Source: Ginkgo biloba (Eukaryota > Plantae > Ginkgophyta). From it: a stretch of 16,135 nt of DNA. The stretch lies in contig JANKJI020000002.1 of NCBI GenBank assembly GCA_024626585.2, positions 233,256,619-233,272,753 on the forward strand, in the 5' to 3' direction. Below are positions 1 through 10,176 of this stretch, one piece after another (the first letter of the stretch is position 1; each line of letters opens with the position of its first letter). The position numbers and the translations under genes were made by a program. The notes under the pieces were generated by a model that was not told the DNA's origin, ran no database searches, and was given only the letters and a program-made list of their open reading frames with translations.

Positions 1-808
1 TTTGCTGAGGATACCATTTGAAGACTAAAGAGGGCTAGGGAGGCACTAGAAATGTTGGAAGTAATCAAGATAAAGGTAATCACCTATCATCATGTAAGGT
101 TATTTATTAGGTCTCTTTGTTAGTGTTGTATTGAAATACATTCTATCATAAATAAATATAAATTAATCCTTTGCATATAGGAACTTGCTTGATTGAATGA
201 TTTTTGTTGGAGGTTGGATGAATAAGGTTAGATGCCAATGTAAAGAAACATAATAGACTTTCATTATGATGGACCCATGTATGGTTAGATGCCATGAGTC
301 GAATTCTCTATATATGGCTTGGATGACCTATGTGGGGGATGGATTCCCAAAACCACAAATAGCTTGAGTGGATTCTATGAAAAGCTACAATAGCATGGGT
401 TGATCTTGTGTAATGCTACAAGTAGCATGCTCGGATCCTTTATGATGTTGCTCGAAGGCCTCTTATGTCTAGGGGGTGCAATCCAATAGATACAAGCAAT
501 CATCAATGAGCTTTTATTATATAGTAATCTTGTTGAATGATGAGGGGGTCATTGTTAGCAGAATAAGAGCATGATTTGGCAGGTATCCCTTGGAGAACTA
601 ATTTCAATAAATCTACAAAGATTCTAGGAAGATTTTGATCTAATCATGTCACCAACAGGGATATGATAGCATTAACTGCTAATGACAGGCCACACTTATG
701 GAAAGCATGACATTAACATTCATGTCAACAATACGAAACAAACTTGATACATTACATGTAGGCAAAAAGGATAAAAGGCACCGACATATCACAATTGATG
801 AGGTGGGT

Positions 809-986
809 CACATGACGTTAGCATGTTAAGAGTGTACCAAGGAGGAATAATGACAATAGTAATCTCGAGCAATGTCAATAACATATAATAATCGATTAGG
901 CAAGCCACATGACATTAGCATTTTAAGATAATGTGCCAATGAGGAATGATGATGAGAGGAGTCTCGAGTGATGTCAACAATATTTA
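809..986. repeat. Degenerate tandem duplication, period 97 bp
   Basis: CACATGAC(G/A)TTAGCAT...GAGGAAT...TCTCGAG..ATGTCAA starts at 809 and again at 906. A partial further copy lies near 706. Confidence 0.75.
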
Positions 987-1142
987 TTGTAAGAACAAGT
1001 CATATTTTNNNNNNNNNNNNNNNNNNNNNNNNNNNNNNNNNNNNNNNNNNNNNNNNNNNNNNNNNNNNNNNNNNNNNNNNNNNNNNNNNNNNNNNNNNNN
1101 NNNNNNNNAACCCTTAAATCGTTTATCGTACACAACTAATAG

Positions 1143-1216
1143 ATATATATATACACACACACATATATTAAAAATAATAGCTCTCATTATAGGAAAAATA
1201 TATATATATATATATA
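1143..1216. repeat. (AT)n/(AC)n microsatellites
   Basis: atatatatatacacacacacatata at ~1143-1167 and (TA)9 at 1199-1216. Confidence 0.85.
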
Positions 1217-2368
1217 GAAGTGCCAGGTGACTTAATTATCATCATCGACTTATGTCGCTCTGTAACACTGCAATAACCGGATTACATCCCTTTGTCTAAC
1301 TTAAGGTTGCAATAGTTGGGATCGCCTTCACCATCCACCACCGTATCTCTAGGTTTATACAAACCCATAAGATTTAAATAATTCTTCCATCGATAGCAGA
1401 AAAGAAGAACCAACAGATTCCTACATTCATATCAGGTTATCAATTTCCTCAAAATTGAACACATCTACCTCGCATGTGATCTTCTTCATGTTCGATTGGA
1501 GTAATTATTCTTGGGACAAGTGTATCACTCTCTAAAATTACTACTTCAAGGACTTGTTCTACTTAGTCATGATCATTTGGAGTGGTGCCACTATTCATAA
1601 CACGAGCGTATACGTTGTTTGCTAGCCACATCCTTCTTAGGTAAAAAATGAGTGTCATCAACTGAGTTCTCCACGATTATTGAAGGGATTCATAGTGGAA
1701 ATTGAAATGCAAAGCTAGCCATCAATCGACTTTTGTGCCATTCAAGTAATGTCGTAGTTCATCGTGCCCTGCAATCGACGAGGAAAATTGAGGGAAATAA
1801 TAACTATAGGATTTAGAAAAAAATTAAAATTAGAATATTCTTAAATAAAGTTATAAGGAGTTAGCTTTAATCACATCAAAATTCAAGTGATTGTGTCGTT
1901 GAAGTATTTGGGGCTTTTAAAGTTTGGACTAGTCATATTGCCCTGTAGCAATTAATCCAAGGCATAACAAGTACATTTAGTCACAAAGATAGTATGCCAC
2001 CAATTGGTCATCCTATTAATTTAAACGATACTATTTGTCACACAAAAAGTTTCTTAAAAATTTGATGTAAACACCGTTGGATATTGACATCATAATACCT
2101 AAAGTTATGATGTTGTGCAATATGTAAACACTCTTCAAACTGAGAGAAAGATCCATTGGCAAGCACCAGAACACCGTTGATGCACATGAGATCCAGTTAA
2201 ATGCTAGGGGAAGCCTCATTTATCAGTCTACAAGTAAATGAACTACACAAACAGAATTGATGTCAAAACATTTGAATATAGATGAAATGAAGACGTGTTA
2301 TTGAAAGCAAAAGGGCGTACCTACTTCAGTACTGCTCAGATGATGAAGCAATTCAAAAAGGGAGTGCA

Positions 2369-2945
2369 TGTTGTGACCCTAATCAACAAATAATTAATAT
2401 TATAATCTTAGTATTACTTATTAATTAATTGAATATTTAATAATTAAGAATATTAATTTAGGTGAAGGTTCGTGTAATGAAGAGGTGTCTCTCCATAAAG
2501 CACCCATTGACTCTTTGTGATCTATATATAGGCCCTTTTCAATTCATTTGTAACATCATATCCCAAATTATCATTACATCTTTTCGACTTCCTCTTCTTC
2601 TTAGAAGACCTTTCTACATTGGGAAGCAGGTGCTCCTAAATAGGGGGATTTTTTAGGATTATACAACCCTTAAGGCACTTTAATATTCTCTTCAAAAGGC
2701 ATTCTATCACTACTAGACTATTTTTTTAATTCTAGATGAAGACCCTCCATGCAAGTTGCATTTTTTGGGTATTTCCTACTTTTCGTAAAGTTGGAGTGAG
2801 GAGTTCTACAATGACTTCTCTTACTTATTTTCATAGGGAAATTGCTCAAATCTATTCCTTGGTTGAGGATGACCTCATTATAAGTATCAAATCAACTTGT
2901 TTCTATAATTTAACACCCAATGAACCTCACTAAGGATTCACAACA
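2369..2945 (+). mobile_element. LTR (577 bp), probably Ty3/Gypsy
   Basis: Perfect 8-bp terminal inverted repeat TGTTGTGA...TCACAACA. AT-rich U3-like start and TATA-like CTATATATAGG at 2522-2532. Followed by a degenerate PBS-like motif (taggagcccaacg). No TSD. Confidence 0.65.
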
Positions 2946-3499
2946 CTTTCTAGGAGCCCAACGACCTATTATAGTATTGTAATAGTGCACAAGTTCAATT
3001 CTAAGCCAAACGTTGTCTTTCCTTGAACTTATTTTTTATGTCTTTTAGCATCTAAGTATTTTGGAAGGTAGACTTCATCAATTCCTCTAGGTAAGTCTTG
3101 ATTTCTATAAGTATTTCTTTAGTTGTAGCACTATTCTTAATTTCCAGAATACATAAATTAAATAGGCTTTTGCAAATTTTCAAGCAAATTTCTATTTATG
3201 TGTTTTACTCTTGATTAGAAAGGTTCTAAATGTTATTAATTGGGTGAAATGAAACCCTAGAGGGAAGGAGTCCTTACTCATAAAGATTATTTAATGCATT
3301 TAGATATAGTAGATGTACTATTATGAATATTATTTTATGCATCCATGCTAAAATTCAATTTTTGAATTTTCCCTACCTTACTAGTATAGAAACCCTGGCA
3401 TCTTGGCTTGGGGCAGATAAGGCTCTAACCGAAGACTTTTGGGGGGTGAAATGCCTTGGTTGAAGGCACCTTTGTATAAGGATATTATTTAGACTCACT

Positions 3500-3960
3500 A
3501 ATAATTGGTTATTTGTCATTCTTAGCCAGATGGATATCCATGTTATTTTCTACCAATTGCAACTCTTGGCATAGCTACAGGGCTAATGATTATTGGTGTA
3601 GCTATTGGCCAAATGGCTATTGTTGTAGTTATGGCCCATGGTCTATTGTTGTAGCCATTGTAATTTCTTTCATTGGTAGGGTTTTTCGACTTAAGGTTAT
3701 TGGTGTAGCCCGAAGCTTTAACCAATTAGCCACCAAACTATTAGTAAGGGTAGATGCCCTATTGATTAGGGTTATCCTAATGCCAAAAAGAAGTTATAAT
3801 GGTCTGCACCTAACATCCATGACCAAGAATAGATGTGGAGTGGAGACTATCAGATCTCTAATAGTTTCTAGGCACTAATAGTTGCATTTATACACTATAG
3901 GTTTGACTTTCCACTCTGTTCAAGCCCTTAGTTGGTCTATATGGCCAATGAAATATGTTT
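3500..3960 (-). mobile_element. Probable decayed retrotransposon gag-like low-complexity region
   Basis: Asn/Tyr/Gly-rich peptide (NPTNERNYNGYNNRPW) arising from a degenerate 26-27 bp repeat, with stops around it. No diagnostic motif. Confidence 0.25.
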
Positions 3961-5214
3961 AAAATCCTAACTACAAGTTGACCTTGGTCTAACAAATTTT
4001 CTTACTAACCTAATACTCTAACATAATTACATAACAACTACCATAAATTAACATGGATAAATGANNNNNNNNNNNNNNNNNNNNNNNNNNNNNNNNNNNN
4101 NNNNNNNNNNNNNNNNNNNNNNNNNNNNNNNNNNNNNNNNNNNNNNNNNNNNNNNNNNNNNNNNTGTATTTTACTTATTGTTGTTGTTTCTAGGGAAGCA
4201 GGTTGTTACAATTTCATTATGCTAATCCTATATGTTTAGGTATAACTAATTCTAATTGCAATCATGGTTGTTATCCTTAACAACTAAGACTCTGTAGTGT
4301 TGTGAACATGTGTGTGTTGGAGGCAATCAATTGCATGTTGTGACCGATTGTTGAGTGTTGGAACCAATGCTACTATGACTGATTGTTGTTGTCACTGCCA
4401 ACTTGCTACAACCAGATCCTATTGTGACCAAAAATTACCAATTGTTCTGACTGAGCAAGCTTGTGGAAATGTGTCAATTAACCATATACAACCCGCACCT
4501 TGTGTCCCCATGAACCCATGCAACCTTGGAATGTAACTCTTTCTCTCCAAGGACAATGACCCTTCCACAAGTGCAAACCACAACAAGCATTGCACATTCA
4601 CATGCAGTGGAAAAATTGATGTATTATTTACTCAAGAATTTGTGACAACTGAACTTCAAACTTTGCATGAAAGAAATGCATGCCTTAATAATCCGAGAAA
4701 GAACCCAATGCACTCCTAAAACAATAAAGACTTATAATGAATCTACATATTTATAGTAAAAAAGGCATGTCCATCCAACCACACCATGATTCATGTCATA
4801 GATAAAAGAGCTTAAAACATATGTAACATGATTTGGTGCATAAGAAGCATGAATGTAAATAAAGTTGACAAATATGTGACAAGCAAAGAATATATTATTC
4901 ATCATTATAGCAATGAGAGTAATTTATTGTTCTTACTAAGCAAGTAGATACATTAATGAGAGTAATCTATGGCATTAAATCAACCACAAAGTACAAAATA
5001 TGGCTTTGAGATCCTTTTAAATGNNNNNNNNNNNNNNNNNCTCTTAGCTTGATTTAAATTATGTATGACACCAGAATTTTTGTATGCATTTTCTTAAAAA
5101 TAAATTATTACAACTAAAAAGCAAAAGCTGAAGATCAAATCCAATGAAAATATGAACTTTAAAAATGCTGTCATTAACAATAACTAACGTGAGATACCAA
5201 ACGTTGATAGCTAC

Positions 5215-5298
5215 CAGGAATATAAACATGAAGCGCATAATTGCCTTCTATGTGTGGAAACCTTCTAACTCGAGTTCCATGATCCACATTCTTATAAG
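5215..5298 (-). CDS. USB1: Internal coding exon of U6 snRNA phosphodiesterase (USB1/Mpn1/C16orf57 family); 84 nt, phase 1 to phase 1
   Basis: Manual reverse-complement: ...tactaatctgcataatgcttgtatatatgcag|CT TAT AAG AAT GTG GAT CAT GGA ACT CGA GTT AGA AGG TTT CCA CAC ATA GAA GGC AAT TAT GCG CTT CAT GTT TAT ATT CCT G|gtagct, i.e. YKNVDHGTRVRRFPHIEGNYALHVYIP. This matches the recalled USB1 N-terminal motif HxxRVRxFPHxxGN(Y/W)AxHVY(I/V)P. It has a TGCAG acceptor, a CTAAT branch-point-like motif, a GT donor and no stops. Confidence 0.9.
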
Positions 5299-5709
5299 CT
5301 GCATATATACAAGCATTATGCAGATTAGTAATGAATTCAACAGAATGGAAATTATCATCTAACTGAAGCTTCTCTCAAGTTCACTAGCATCAAACAAAAG
5401 GCAATCATCTGGAAATAAACTTTTGGCAAATGATTCAACGATATCGAAATTTAATGTATGTCAAGACCACAAAGAAAATAGTGACACCACGTGTCCAAGT
5501 TAGATTGAATGAGGAATAAACTTCAATAGTTGCAAGAATCATATTCCCACAGCTAGACACAATATTCCAATGTCATTTGTGTGGATGGCCTACAACATGC
5601 TCTACGGAAATTAAAAGGGATTTTATCTCAGAGTGAACTCTAGAATGCAAGGAAAATAACAAGATTGTGAAAATAGATAAAGAAATCAAGCATTTTGGGA
5701 AACAATTAC

Positions 5710-5752
5710 CTGTCCATTTAAGAACACAATTCCTATTGTTCAATAGATCAAC
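5710..5752 (-). other. Candidate 43-nt micro-exon upstream of the USB1 exon
   Basis: Minus strand reads cacttctcctcag|GTTGATCTATTGAACAATAGGAATTGTGTTCTTAAATGGACAG|gtaatt, with a near-consensus acceptor and donor. In phase 0 it reads VDLLNNRNCVLKWT+G and ends in phase 1, matching the USB1 exon. No homology support. Confidence 0.35.
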
Positions 5753-6111
5753 CTGAGGAGAAGTGCATGCTAACAAATAATATTGGTTGACTAACATATT
5801 AANNNNNNNNNNNNNNNNNNNNNNNNNNNNNNNNNNNNNNNNNNNNNNNNNNNNNNNNNNNNNNNNNNNNNNNNNNNNNNNNNNNNNNNNNNNNNNNNNN
5901 NNNNNNNNNNNNNNNNNNNNNNNNNNNNNNNNNNNNNNNNNNNNNNNNNNNNNNNNNNNNNNNCTTGATGAATATAATTCAATGAAGGGAAAATAACATA
6001 TATATAGTAATGAGAACGTCACTCCTTCCAATGATTCCAATGAAACGGTCTACTACAGAACTTCAATTTTGCATGGTATAACACGGAAAATAGAGAAAAT
6101 AAATAGCTTAC

Positions 6112-6152
6112 AGAAGAAAGAAGAAAGAACATGCTGTTATTTGGTACTGAAT
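6112..6152 (-). other. Candidate 41-nt micro-exon upstream of the USB1 exon
   Basis: Minus strand reads gttgtgtctcag|ATTCAGTACCAAATAACAGCATGTTCTTTCTTCTTTCTTCT|gtaagc. In phase 1 it reads xSVPNNSMFFLLSS and ends in phase 0. Supported by splice signals only. Confidence 0.25.
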
Positions 6153-6654
6153 CTGAGACACAACTCCAAAGAACACCACGCAGTTCACTCTCAATGAAAG
6201 AAAAATATAAAAAATTACATTAAGAACCAAGGATAACTAAAACAGCCAATGGGACAAACATCAGCATCTGCTGTTATATTGAAGCAGAGTGCCAAGAACA
6301 TCTCCATAATGAATTTATCTATGCCTTTCAATCATTCATAGAAAAGAGAATGAAGTGAAGATAATGATGTTAGGCTCAAGACTGTCCAATGTTGATGGAA
6401 CATAGAGATGAGAATAATTCACTATCATGTCAAACAACTAGCATTAAAATCTCTAATACATCCAACAACAAACCCATGCATCAAGGTATATGATAGGCTT
6501 ATAGTATCTCCCACTTATTATCCAAAGCTAGAATTTCACCCACGGCATATCACTCAAGGTGTAATAGACTAGCATCTTTTGTAAGCATGAATTCTGACAA
6601 GAGTTAAATTGTTGTACCATGCATATGTTTTGTAAGTCAAGTCATTCATATAAA

Positions 6655-6930
6655 TGTCAGCGACGAATTACAAGTTGATAGAATGAGAACTTAGAAGTCG
6701 TTTGTAGGCACTCAGGTGACATGTTGTAACCAATAATTGACTGTAGAATGGATGTGTAAGAACAGACCTGGGATTACGGATCACAAGGGAGAGATGCCTT
6801 TTGTGATTCCCTGTACCTTTGATGAATAAATGGACTTTGAGTCCATGTCTGTCTTTGATTGTGTATGCTTGAGAGAGAGAGAGAGAGACCTGTTGATCGT
6901 ATGTGAGATTGCAGGGCTTAGCTATTGACA
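6655..6930 (+). mobile_element. Short putative solo LTR (276 bp)
   Basis: TGTCA...TGACA inverted ends, higher GC than the flanks, AATAAA at 6825-6830 followed by GT-rich sequence and (GA)9. The flanks (ataaa / tgaag) do not form a clean TSD. Confidence 0.4.
6871..6888. repeat. (GA)9 microsatellite
   Basis: Read directly from the sequence. Confidence 0.95.
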
Positions 6931-8111
6931 TGAAGGAAACCCTTCCTACCTATTCAAGGAAGAAATATGTCAACACCTATATCTTACACACAATCAGCAG
7001 TCAAAAATGTCAAGGTTAGGAGCAGTAAACATTTGTTCAATGACTTTGGGATCTTGAAGAAGGGATGCAAGCATAGGCTAGTTAGTTCTAAAACTCATGG
7101 CATTCATAGGTACAACCTCTGCCGTTGCTGGCCACAGGAAACATCCCATGGGACTATATGCATCTTATTAGTGCTAACACTTTAAGTCCACAAGCAGCAT
7201 CTTGTCTTTTTCATACCAAATTCCTCCCCATGCTACCATTCACACGTGCAAAGTAGCATCCCTGTGACGATGCAAATTAAAACGAGCATCAAGGTAATTC
7301 TCTTGATGCAAGGCACCTCACCACAGCAGGTTTTCAATTTGACACCCTTCATCCTATGCCGAATGACCATCTCAAAATGTATTTTGCAAGCCAAGGGCTT
7401 CTCGTCAAATTCAACCTATGCATACCCTACGAAAACTTCAACTCGATTTGAATTTGTACATTTATTCAAATTTTTATTTATGAATTGTTGCTACAAGTGC
7501 CATCCCTAGTTAATTTGAAAACTTGATAACTGCAATAACTGCTCAATTAAGCAATATCAATGCCAGCAAGGAATCTTTCCTATTTTATTAATTCAAAGCA
7601 TGAAATCATAGTAATGAGCTCATGAAGCATGGCCATATCATGCATGACTTGAAGTGACTTTTATGTTGGATGATCTCTTAGCATCCAACCAAAACATTAT
7701 TACCCAATGATGCCACCCTCGTATGGCCTATTAGGGGCTCCACCCTTGCCATAAGTATCATCATTCAACCATAGGTCATGGCGCAATCAATTCCCATCTC
7801 CGACCTAACAACATAGTCCTGAAATCCTCATGACTTCATTTCTGTTCATCTACTTGTCATACTCGAAGGTCAACCAACTCACCACACCACATCCATACAA
7901 AGCATCAAGCATAGGCATCAAGCCTCCTTCAATCGAAATAGACAATTGCTCATTTCATCGATCAATGGGACATACTGTATACATCTTCTTAGATGGCTTT
8001 ATGGTTGATATAATGTATGATGGAAATACAAGATGTAACAATGTCAAAAACAGACCAACAACTATGTTGCTTCCATAAAAGAGACTAACTAATCAATAGA
8101 AATTGAAACTG

Positions 8112-8734
8112 TGTTACACACCCACCACCGCCTTCAGAGTATAGTGACACTTAGTAGACATGTAGAGAAACACTAGGCAGACATGCAGAGAAACACTNNN
8201 NNNNNNNNNNNNNNNNNNNNNNNNNNNNNNNNNNNNNNNNNNNNNNNNNNNNNNNNNNNNNNNNNNNNNNNNNNNNNNNNNNNNNNNNNNNNNNNNNATT
8301 GCAGTTGCCAACACATGTCAAATTACACCTAGTATTCAATGTGAATTTTCTAAAGCAAGCTTTATCTAGGTATGATAATGTTTTACCAGTATATGTGAAT
8401 GTATGTTACACATCCGCCACCGCCTTCAGAGTATAGTGACACTTAGTAGACATGCAAAGAAACACTTGGCAGACATGCAGAGAAACACTTGGCGAACATG
8501 CAAAAAGTAGTGACACTTGGCATACATGCAGATTAGGGTTATTATTTAATAAGGAAGCTCTAGAGAACTTAAGGATCATCTTCGAGCTATTGTCATCTTG
8601 TTTATCAAGCACACTGCGGTGCTACTCTTTTAGTCTTCTGTAATCAGTTAGTTTTGCTATCAATAAAGCTTGGCTTGATCATCTTTTGGTATTTTGTGCA
8701 TTTTCTTCTTGCGAATAGGAGTCGGTTTGCTCCA
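8112..8734 (+). mobile_element. Ty3/Gypsy LTR retrotransposon with two LTRs and a 5-bp TSD; interior mostly hidden in an assembly gap
   Basis: TGTTACAC starts at both 8112 and 8404; the 86 comparable nt differ at 5 positions. The element ends ...TCCA at 8734 and is flanked by AACTG at 8107-8111 and 8735-8739. 8299-8403 reads LQLPTHVKLHLVFNVNFLKQ..., like the Ty3/Gypsy integrase C-terminal motif LxLPxxxxIHPVFHVSxLK. Confidence 0.85.
8404..8734 (+). repeat. 3' LTR (331 bp) containing a ~23-bp minisatellite and a polyA signal
   Basis: TG...CA ends. ACACTT(G/A)G...CATGCA units start at 8439, 8462, 8485 and 8513. AATAAA at 8662-8667. Confidence 0.8.
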
Positions 8735-10176
8735 AACTGCAATCAATGACCTTCAATAATCAACAGGACAATTGCATAAAAGCTTCCATAATAGGGTGTA
8801 AATCATTCTACGACTTTATCTTTCAGCTTTTATGGCATTCTACAGCCCAACAAACCATATTTCAAGGTTACTGGCCTAGTCACAACCTTCTTCAACCCCA
8901 TTAAACTACTTCAACTCAAAATGCAGGACAAACTTCAAAATTGTAGGGTCAATTGCTTCCAACTTCGAAAATAGTAGGAAATATACAAATACAAATGTTA
9001 AACTGCATTACATAATACCTTTTTGAAAGTCTTGCAGTAAGGCAATCTTGAATGTTTCCTACTCGTTGGCAGTGACTATCACAATCAAAGACAAATCCTA
9101 CCCACAACCCTACCATTCAATCTATCTTAGATCACATTATACCATTCAATCACATGCATCTATTCCTTCATTAATCATTGTGGAAATAAACATAGAATAC
9201 AAGATAACTCCATAATTATTAATTAACAACATAGAGAATTCAAACTACCTCTCACATAATTTGAATCCTCAATCAATTATCACACAACATATATCATTAT
9301 TATATCACTTCAAGCCAATTCATAGTTAGAATACCTAACCTAATTATCAACTAGTTGACTAAATGACTATCATTTACATATGTTGAGTCATAATAATAAT
9401 AATTAGTCTAGATTGTAGTTATAATATTATAGGATAACAACAACTATAAATGTGCTCATTTAGCGTACAACATCCATCCACCTACTATTCATCTTTGTGC
9501 CCTGGTTCAAAATTATAGAATAATACAAATTTACGGTTAAGTCTTCTCTTGTTTATTTAGCATTTCAACAACTAGTATATCTTCCCTATTTAATAATTCT
9601 TATTGGAGAATGATATTTTAGGTTTTCCTTTGTATTTTTTTGATAAGGTGTAATGCTTTTTTCATTTTGTAACATGAAGAACTTGTTTTTATCTCGCTTG
9701 ATTCCAACAATTGTAAGCATTTATGAGATAAGCGTGTCAAGTTATTTTTGGCACAACCATATATGGAAGTGTTCAATTATGTTTTCATTAGTCAATGGCT
9801 AGCAACATTATGCATGTATACGCAAGCATAAATGTATGTACATATGCACATATACACATAAGTATGTGTGTATTCATTGTTCGATTCATATCGGTGCCAT
9901 ACATCAAGCATATGTGGACCATTATATCGATTCACGAACTCTTGTTTCTATACCCACAATGGCACACTCCCATTACACATTTTCCATAAACACCCTACAG
10001 ATTTAGGGTTTCATAGGATAAATTATAATGTAGTTCACATTAGGGTTTAAGCCATCAATCTCATTCATACAATTTCAAGTTGCATTCTCTACCCTAAAAA
10101 TAGTGTTTGATCCTAATCATATCATGCAATAATTTCCCTAATTGCAACATTCACCTTTGGAACACCTAATGTGTAA

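Larger units (their letters stand above)
6960..9110 (-). mobile_element. Highly decayed L1-type LINE 5' part (ORF1-like, then endonuclease-like), interrupted by the 8112-8734 LTR element
   Basis: ~7200-7310 reads ASSQGCYFARVNGSMGRNLV*KRQD (compare APE endonuclease FTWxNGxxGxxxIxKRLDR). ~7040-7100 reads FRTN*PMLASLLQDPKVIEQM (compare post-EN NxSLLxDP). 8740-9110 has weak DUF4283-like traces. Eye-level similarity only; boundaries approximate. Confidence 0.4.

Noticed and set aside
1-600. FAEDT (like the LINE RT FADDT motif) at 1-15 and possible plant-mobile-domain traces
   Set aside because: Too short and degenerate to call without a profile search.
2190-2368. Splice-like signals on the minus strand as a possible next USB1 exon
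   Set aside because: Stops occur in all three frames after the best acceptor, and there is no similarity to the expected USB1 continuation.
3513-3878. Longest gap-free ORF (121 aa, + strand)
   Set aside because: Antisense shadow of a low-complexity repeat, with a TTG start and no recognisable domain.
6181-6202. Resemblance to the 3' end of plant tRNA-Thr (GTTCACTCTCAATGAAAG)
   Set aside because: No matching 5' acceptor stem, D-arm or anticodon arm upstream.
7130-7310. KDZ/Zisupton transposase-like words (LDARFNLHRH, WDVSC) on the minus strand
   Set aside because: The spacing is too short and other KDZ motifs are absent. A different frame fits LINE endonuclease better.
7286-7689. 8-bp inverted repeats (GCATCAAG/CTTGATGC and GTTGGATG/CATCCAAC)
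   Set aside because: Far too short for miRNA precursors, and compatible with chance in 16 kb.
8439-8530. CRISPR-like short direct repeats
   Set aside because: The units are contiguous with no unique spacers, sit inside an LTR in eukaryotic DNA, and there are no cas genes.
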